Below, in pieces: positions 57,903-64,000 of a stretch of DNA of 64,000 nt. The DNA lies in the NCBI GenBank assembly GCA_049325595.1, contig JBMOLF010000015.1, forward strand, positions 32,001-96,000, written 5' to 3'. The position numbers and the translations under genes were made by a program. Position 1 is the stretch's first letter; each line of letters opens with the position of its first letter. The notes beneath the pieces are model-generated. The model saw nothing but the letters and a program-made list of their open reading frames with translations. It had not been told where the DNA came from and did no database searches. The stretch comes from Candidatus Babelota bacterium (GTDB lineage Bacteria > Babelota > Babeliae > Babelales > Vermiphilaceae).

Positions 57903-58122
57903 GAATGATTCAGAAATGCATTTGCAATCAGAAAGCCATGCATAAATTATGCAGGTGCTCGTGCTGCCTGATAATGTAGTTGTATAGATTCATGAGTGTA
58001 CTCTTTGTTTTGATTGCTTTTATGTTACTACTTGGTGGGCAAGTATATCTAATTTAATGATTAGTGCAACTGGCTAGGATTGAAAAAATAAAGAAGGCTG
58101 TGTACCTTGCAGCCTTCCTTTA
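57903..58122. repeat. Structured repeat R2, copy b
   Basis: Homologous to 53234-53447, including the terminator GAAGGCTG/CAGCCTTC. Confidence 0.88.
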
Positions 58123-58127
58123 TTTGA

Positions 58128-58550
58128 TTATCTATTTAATTTATTGATAGTTTCCAAATATTTAATTGCTTCTTGATTATTGGACTTTCTCACCGTATCG
58201 AGTAGGGTTCCTTCGGAATTATAACCCATTTCTTTATCAATAAATTTCGGACCAAATATTTTTACTGCTGTATTAATAATTAAAGTTATAATCTGTGTCC
58301 AATTTTTATCTTTACCCATTGTGCCAATATGATCTTTCAATAAGTCGACAAACTCGAGCTCAGAAAGTTTGAAATCCACCTTATTATTACTAAAAGCGTT
58401 GTTTATTGTACCTAACACTACGGCAGCAAGCTGAAATTTATTGGGATATCCCGATCCAAGTATTTTTCCTAAATATTCTATATCACCACCTATGCCTAGA
58501 AAAACACTATCACTTCTCTCTTTAGTGTTAATATAAGTTACTAAAATTAA
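58128..58550 (-). pseudogene. 5'-truncated paralog of the 53463/60558 family (C-terminal half only)
   Basis: Frame stays open upstream of GTG 58418 to ~58550 with no ATG or signal peptide; TQIITLIINTAVKIFGPKFID..NQEAIKYLE matches the paralog C-termini. Confidence 0.7.
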
Positions 58551-58551
58551 G

Positions 58552-59316
58552 TTACTGAATTCCCAGCTGAGCTTTTACCCGTGCATCGATGTCGTTAATA
58601 ATTTGCATGGCTTCTTCTGGGGAAAGTTGTTGATAGAGCTTTTGCTCTAGAAAATCGATTACTATAGGCATTTTTTCACTGTACTCCGCGGTTACATCTT
58701 GATCCATTATCGCTTTTTGAGCTAGAAATAATAATTCCTTAATATTTTTTAAGCTAAAGATATCAGGATTGTATTTACTTAGTAGCTCTAATACAGGAAC
58801 TGAAATTCCATATTCTACCGCATAAGAATCAAGAGTCCATCCATTGAACTGGCGGTACTTTGGATTATATCCTTTATCGAGCCATTGTTTTAGAGAATTT
58901 AAATCTCCGCTTCGAATATATTCCAAGGCAGTGTTAAATTGTTGATCATTAGTAGAAATTACATTAAAGCTTGCATTTGGGTTTACTTTTTTAAGCCACT
59001 CTTCAGCTAATTTAGTGTTAAGGGCTCGTGCGATTGCAGTTTCAGAGCCAGGAAATTTTGTGAGCAATGAGTTTAGAACACCAAAAAGTATTGTTGTGTT
59101 GTTGGTGATTTGATCATAAAGATCTTTATTTACAAAGCGTATATTTTGTAAATTTGTTATAGCATCTGAAATTGATGGTGCATCTACAACATGCTTTAAA
59201 ATTTCTGTTTTGAGTTCGGGTAATAATTGCTCTAATGGAAATGATGTCTGTTCTTTTTCCATACTAACTAATTGTGTGCTTGCTATGGCTAAAGTGAGTA
59301 ATAAAATTTTTTTCAT
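58552..59316 (-). CDS. Secreted F-box-like protein with a degenerate ankyrin repeat
   Basis: AGGAG SD; signal peptide; LEQLLPELKTEILKHV; GDLNSLKQWLDKGYNP..NGWTL. Confidence 0.7.
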   Translation of the reverse strand: MKKILLLTLAIASTQLVSMEKEQTSFPLEQLLPELKTEILKHVVDAPSISDAITNLQNIRFVNKDLYDQITNNTTILFGVLNSLLTKFPGSETAIARALNTKLAEEWLKKVNPNASFNVISTNDQQFNTALEYIRSGDLNSLKQWLDKGYNPKYRQFNGWTLDSYAVEYGISVPVLELLSKYNPDIFSLKNIKELLFLAQKAIMDQDVTAEYSEKMPIVIDFLEQKLYQQLSPEEAMQIINDIDARVKAQLGIQ

Positions 59317-59507
59317 GTTATCTCCTATTATACGTCTTGTTTCAAATTAAATATTCTATTATGAATTATAGCAGAGTGAAGTAGCTAATATAAAGAAAAT
59401 ACGTTAAAAGACGTAAAAAAATAAGATTTTTTGTTTTTTATTCATTGTAAATTGCTTAAATACTTATTAAGCCAAGTTTTTGATTATCTTAAAGAAAGAT
59501 TGGGAGT

Positions 59508-60397
59508 CTATCGTTGAGTTGGAATAAAAATGTATTTCAAGAGAAAGTAATGATGATTTCCCACAGCGCAGAAATTTTTATTGATCAATAATAAGCAATT
59601 AAGTTCCGGGGTTGCGTAAGACCTTTTTTTGCTGGATTGAAATATTGATTTATTTTCCACAAGTTCATCTTTGTTAATTTTTAATTCTCCCAGATGATAC
59701 CATGGCCAATCGAAGTAAAAACTGATGTGATCGTTGCTAAAAGTAAAGGAGGTAAAATTTTCTTCTTTAGGCTGAGTTTGCCAATCATTTTCCCAGAATC
59801 CAATGCCCATATCTTGTTCTTCATCAACAAGATGAGCTCTGCAAACTTTACTAATTTTTTCAAGATAGCAGTAATCACTCTCAAATAAATCTTTAAGATC
59901 AATTTTTTTCTTTTTCTTTATATCATAATTAAATGTGTAGTGGGCAAAAAATGGCTGAGCATTCCCATGGCAATAACCTGAATGATGAAATGCGATGCTA
60001 ATATATGAATCATTTATTTGGGCGATGTGGTATGTGCATTCAAAAGATGAAGCACCATTTTCTTTGATGCGGGCCATTTCTTGCGAGTCATCAAAGTCGC
60101 CATTTGCAAGACAATCATTGTAATGTTGTAAAGCTAATTCATTGGCTTTGTTATATTCATTAGTAATCAAATTTTCAATCCAACTATTTACTTCTTCGGG
60201 AGCATTTTCAAAATAAGGTATGTGTAATTTAAGTTAATATGAATATCTTTTTTTGTTATTTGTTTCTCAATAACCCTAATCAGAGTAGATTGGCCCAAAG
60301 AGTTATTTATAATACCAGATGATTTTTTTGCATATAATATAAAACAGGTAATTAAAATTATACAAATGCTCAGTAGGCCTAATGTTTTTTTAATCAC
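59508..60397 (-). pseudogene. Frameshifted RsiV/PdaC (DUF3298/DUF4163-like) gene
   Basis: A 1-bp insertion near 60217 joins the two ORFs into INLNYTYPYFENAPEEVNSWIEN; TFNYDIKKKKKIDLKDLF motif. Confidence 0.72.
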
Positions 60398-60557
60398 TGA
60401 TTTTCCTTATTAAAGTTATTTTTAAAATATTAGTAAATCTCGCATATGCTTCATTTAAGGTTTTACTAAAATATCAAGCAGATAGGATTATTAAAAGTGA
60501 TTATAAAAGTAAAAAGATGCGAATCAAGTTTAGTTTTTGAATCTTCTTAGGAATTTT

Positions 60558-61373
60558 TCATTGATTTTTTATAGTTTCTAAATATTTAATAGCAGCTTTA
60601 TTACCCGTAGTTCTGGTAAAATTAAACAAAGTACCGCTTTTTGACATATGCTGGCCAATTTCATTATCAATAAAATTGGGTCCAAATAATGTTATGGCTT
60701 GATTGATGATTGAAATTAAAATTTGAGTTAATGGTTTATTCTTTCCAAAAAAACTAATAAAACCTTTGAGCAAATCTACAAATTGTGACTCATTATTTTT
60801 ATTTAGTACCGGATGAGTATGATTAATAAAATTATCGAATACGCCTATAAGAGCTGCACTTAATGAATAATCTTTATCTAGCAGTGATCGAGCAAGAAGA
60901 CCTATGTACATGTGTACATTCACAATAGTTATTTTATCATTTTTATTTTTAATAAATGTTATTAAGGTATTTAAGGTCTCGCTATAGGAACTATATTTGT
61001 GTGTTGCTTTTTGCAAAACTTTTATTGTTTCTGCTTTGATATTGGGATCATTATAATTACCTGAAGTTAAAACAGTTAATGAAAGACCAAATTTTTGATC
61101 GAGTATTTTTTGGATAGTATCTTTATTTTCTTTTATGTATTCAGCGATTGCTTTATTAACTTGTGCATAGTTGTTTAAAAGAGTAAGTGCTTCATCGCGA
61201 GTATTTGAGATGTGTAATAATTGCTTTACTATCTCTGTTGTTTGAATATCAGATGGTAGTTCTGGTAACGAACTAGTAAAGGGTTGAGTAACCCATTTTT
61301 TTATTTTATTCCAAACGCCCATGCTAAAAATTGGCGAGTTTAAAAATAAAATCAAAATTATGAGCTTTTTCAT
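60558..61373 (-). CDS. Secreted F-box-like protein (paralog of 53463-54293)
   Basis: Probable start MKKLI at 61373 after GGAG; LPELPSDIQTTEIVKQLL. Confidence 0.7.
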   Translation of the reverse strand: MKKLIILILFLNSPIFSMGVWNKIKKWVTQPFTSSLPELPSDIQTTEIVKQLLHISNTRDEALTLLNNYAQVNKAIAEYIKENKDTIQKILDQKFGLSLTVLTSGNYNDPNIKAETIKVLQKATHKYSSYSETLNTLITFIKNKNDKITIVNVHMYIGLLARSLLDKDYSLSAALIGVFDNFINHTHPVLNKNNESQFVDLLKGFISFFGKNKPLTQILISIINQAITLFGPNFIDNEIGQHMSKSGTLFNFTRTTGNKAAIKYLETIKNQ

Positions 61374-61692
61374 GAAAGTATTTCTCCAATTAATGCTTAA
61401 TGATCCCAAAGAATCGCACAATAAATTAATTTTATATGATTATTCTTAATGTTGGAGTTCTTTAGTTTACCAGTTTCATAATGCAGATTGTAATAGTTTT
61501 AAAAATAGGTTTGTTTAACATAAAGGTTGTAATTAATTTAGTTAATTGGTCTCAAATGCATTTTTATGTTACATTAATAAAAATTACTTATTAAATTTCT
61601 GCTCTTAAGCGTATTAATAAATTTTCCATACCTACTAAGGTTAGTGTACCCAAATAGAAAAATGCACTTAGTGAATATAAGCAGGATAAATT

Positions 61693-62484
61693 ATGAAAAA
61701 AATAATACAGAGCAATCGACCACTAAATGGTCAATTGCTTGATACCATTAAAGCAGCATTTAATTCTTCGATTGACTTTACTCAATATCCATTTTGCTTG
61801 GATGTGGTACAAAATTTAAAAGAAATTAAGTTTACAACACCAGTTACCTTTTTTGTTGGAGAAAATGGTACCGGTAAATCAACTATTCTTGAAGCAATTG
61901 CTTATCATGCCGGTTTTGGTATTGAAGGTGGTAGCAAAAATATTAATTTTAAAACGGCATCAGAAAAGCATTATTCAAGCGCAGAGCAATTAGCAGATTG
62001 CTTAACTTTATCCTGGAATCGAAAATCTGAAGATGGTTATTTTTTTAGGGCAGAAACATTTTATAATGTTGCTAATCATCTTGACCATATAGCGCTTTTT
62101 GGCGGAGGTGGTGATAAAACTTATGCTCCGTATGGTGGTAAATCATTGCATGAACAATCTCATGGTGAAAGTTTTTTATCTTTTTTTAAAAATCGGTTGG
62201 GGAAAGGTGGCTTTTTTGTATTAGACGAGCCAGAGGCCGCACTTTCTCCCCAACGGCAGTTGTCTTTAATGGTTATTATTAATCAATTATGCAAGCAAAG
62301 TTCTGCTCAATTTATTATTGCTACCCATTCACCGTTACTTTTGGCTTATCCAGGTGCAGTTATTTATTCTTGTGATAATGGTAAACTTGATACTAAATCT
62401 TATAAAGATACTGATCATTATCAAATAACCAAAAGTTTTTTGGATAATACTGATTATTTTTTGCATCATTTGTTTAATGATTAA
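61693..62484 (+). CDS. ABC-like ATPase (COG3910/AAA_21 type)
   Basis: GENGTGKST, FFRAE, SHGESF, LDEPEAALSPQRQ and IIATHSP motifs. Confidence 0.9.
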   Translation: MKKIIQSNRPLNGQLLDTIKAAFNSSIDFTQYPFCLDVVQNLKEIKFTTPVTFFVGENGTGKSTILEAIAYHAGFGIEGGSKNINFKTASEKHYSSAEQLADCLTLSWNRKSEDGYFFRAETFYNVANHLDHIALFGGGGDKTYAPYGGKSLHEQSHGESFLSFFKNRLGKGGFFVLDEPEAALSPQRQLSLMVIINQLCKQSSAQFIIATHSPLLLAYPGAVIYSCDNGKLDTKSYKDTDHYQITKSFLDNTDYFLHHLFND

Positions 62485-62547
62485 CTTTACGCTTTATTTC
62501 TTTTTTACTATAGTCTCCACAAGTTAATTCAAACTAAGGAGTACTAC

Positions 62548-63345
62548 ATGAAAAAGAAGATAACGCTTCTTGCATTATTATCAATTCCGTATGCATATGC
62601 GTATGATGTTGATTGTGCCAATATTAAAGAGATGTATGATCGTGCGCAGATGTACATGCAGGCCAATAGACCCGGTTACACATCTCATGCCGTTGAAATG
62701 TTTCAAGCAATTTATGATAAATGTAAAGACAAGTCAAAAGATAAAGAAACATTAGGAAACACGGTTTATCAGATTGGCAGAGCTCATTGGCACGGTTATG
62801 GTGTTGGCAGAAATTATCCTAAAGCATGCAGTTATTTTGATGAATTGATTAGCCAATATGCAGATGTAGCCGACCATAATTTGGTTGGGTATTCTCAAAT
62901 GTTTATTGCAGATGGCGCACGTAATGCTTTGTGTGAAGAACGCAATTGGGCAAAAGCAATAATAATGTATAAAAAAATCATTGCTGATGAAAAATTTACA
63001 AAGGCTGATATTAAAGCATGGGCGCAAGCTCGTTTAGGAGATGCTTATCGCGAAGGTGAAGGAATAGGGCAAGACTATTCAAAAAGTTTTGAGCTCTTTA
63101 ACTCTATTATGAATGATGATAAAAACATTCCTGATAAATCAGTTGTAGCATGGGCAAAGTTTTGGATAGCAGATGCTCATGAACATGCAAAAGGTGTAGA
63201 AAAAGATTTAGATAAAGCACATGCAATGTTCACTGATATTGTTGAAAATTATAAAGAATTGGATCCAATAGCTGTTATTCATGCACAAGATCGATTAAAG
63301 AAAATGGAAGAAGCTGGCTATAAACCGAATGTAAAAAAAGATTAA
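62548..63345 (+). CDS. Secreted Sel1-like repeat protein
   Basis: GYGVGRNYPKA, LGDAYREGEGIGQDYSKS and GVEKDLDKA repeats; signal peptide. Confidence 0.85.
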   Translation: MKKKITLLALLSIPYAYAYDVDCANIKEMYDRAQMYMQANRPGYTSHAVEMFQAIYDKCKDKSKDKETLGNTVYQIGRAHWHGYGVGRNYPKACSYFDELISQYADVADHNLVGYSQMFIADGARNALCEERNWAKAIIMYKKIIADEKFTKADIKAWAQARLGDAYREGEGIGQDYSKSFELFNSIMNDDKNIPDKSVVAWAKFWIADAHEHAKGVEKDLDKAHAMFTDIVENYKELDPIAVIHAQDRLKKMEEAGYKPNVKKD

Positions 63346-63366
63346 TATTATTTTAGAAGGATTGCT

Positions 63367-63708
63367 ATGAAGAAATTGTTATTAACAACTCTTGTAGTTA
63401 CTGCTATGAGTCTATATGCCGATGCTGACCCAAGAAAACCATTAGAACAAATGCGTGAACATAAACGACAAGATGACTCAATGACAGCTAAAGATTTTAT
63501 TGTTGCTGGGGTGATTGGCGGTTGCGCTATTGAACTTGCTAATGTAATTAGAAAAGATGAAAATTATAAAAAAGTTTTAGCTTTTGCAATGGATTATCCG
63601 GGTGTTTTTGTTGCCGGTGTTTCAGCATCAGCTGGTCTTATTTACATTTATGGTAAAGGGATTAAAAATTTTCTTTCGCGTTATAAGCTCGTAGCTAAAT
63701 CAGAATAA
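63367..63708 (+). CDS. Hypothetical secreted/membrane protein
   Basis: 113 aa ORF; signal peptide and two hydrophobic segments. Confidence 0.55.
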   Translation: MKKLLLTTLVVTAMSLYADADPRKPLEQMREHKRQDDSMTAKDFIVAGVIGGCAIELANVIRKDENYKKVLAFAMDYPGVFVAGVSASAGLIYIYGKGIKNFLSRYKLVAKSE

Positions 63709-63731
63709 GTGATTACAGAATTATCACCAAT

Positions 63732-63763
63732 AAAAAAAGGCTAGAATAATCTAGCCTTTTTTT
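63732..63763. terminator. Intrinsic terminator
   Basis: AAAAAAAGGCTAG / CTAGCCTTTTTTT. Confidence 0.85.
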
Positions 63764-63833
63764 ATTGACAATTTAATTTCAAAAGTAATAATAAGGTCGA
63801 CATATTATAAAACAGCTAAGCCAAGGGGAAATA

Positions 63834-64000
63834 ATGTCAAAAAAATTATTGCTTTCTTTTTGTGTTGCGAGCAATCTATTCGCTCAATACGATGACCATT
63901 ATAAATCAGGGGCAGCAAGAATTGCTCATATAATGTCTAATGAAGAAACGGATGTAGGTGTCTCTGCTAAAAAAAATATTAAGTATGCAGAAACTCAGAA
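63834..64000 (+). CDS. Hypothetical secreted protein (5' part; runs off window end)
   Basis: AAGGGG SD; MSKKLLLSFCVASNLFAQYDDHYK; frame open to the end of the window. Confidence 0.6.
   Translation, partial: MSKKLLLSFCVASNLFAQYDDHYKSGAARIAHIMSNEETDVGVSAKKNIKYAETQ

Noticed and set aside
49112..58122. Diversity-generating retroelement or retron explanation for the repeat pairs
   Set aside because: No reverse transcriptase in the window, and the mismatches between copies are not restricted to adenines.
61505..61545. dif-like site (TTATGTTAAA on the minus strand)
   Set aside because: Only the XerD-like arm matches; there is no plausible XerC arm, and the region is very AT-rich.
1371..63027. Many 60-120 aa ORFs overlapping long genes (e.g. 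12123-12488, 21826-22167, 49298-49531, 56714-56959)
   Set aside because: Antisense or out-of-frame to well-supported genes, with no motifs or SD sites.
1..64000. CRISPR array or cas genes
   Set aside because: No regularly spaced 25-45 bp repeats with unique spacers were seen, and no Cas motifs; R1 and R2 each occur only twice.

Overview
AT-rich bacterial chromosome segment. Its gene content (many Sec-signal proteins with ankyrin, WD40, F-box-like, SET, Sel1 and PPP-phosphatase domains, plus a Cys-rich outer-membrane family) suggests an intracellular parasite of protists, most likely Candidatus Dependentiae (Babelota/TM6); this is an inference. Bases 1-49 kb are a housekeeping backbone (pyrH, tsf, grpE, lepA, gyrA, ssb, pgsA, mnmA, argS, dprA, rpmF, gltX, acpP, uppP, ftsK, murF, rsmH, spoVG) interleaved with paralogous arrays of secreted proteins: ankyrin proteins with bipartite NLS-like motifs, five small beta-rich proteins, and four tandem plus one distant Cys-rich beta-barrel-like proteins. 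From tRNA-Gln(TTG) at 49043 the window is an accessory island made of two related modules. The first is a 5451-bp unit between two 89-bp structured direct repeats. It encodes a rolling-circle Rep-like protein, a RelE/HigB-type toxin-antitoxin pair, a Nudix hydrolase and an F-box-like protein, carries an IS5-family insertion, and has no integrase. A second ~215-bp structured repeat with compensatory changes is also present twice. All assignments come from reading motifs by eye; no searches were run.
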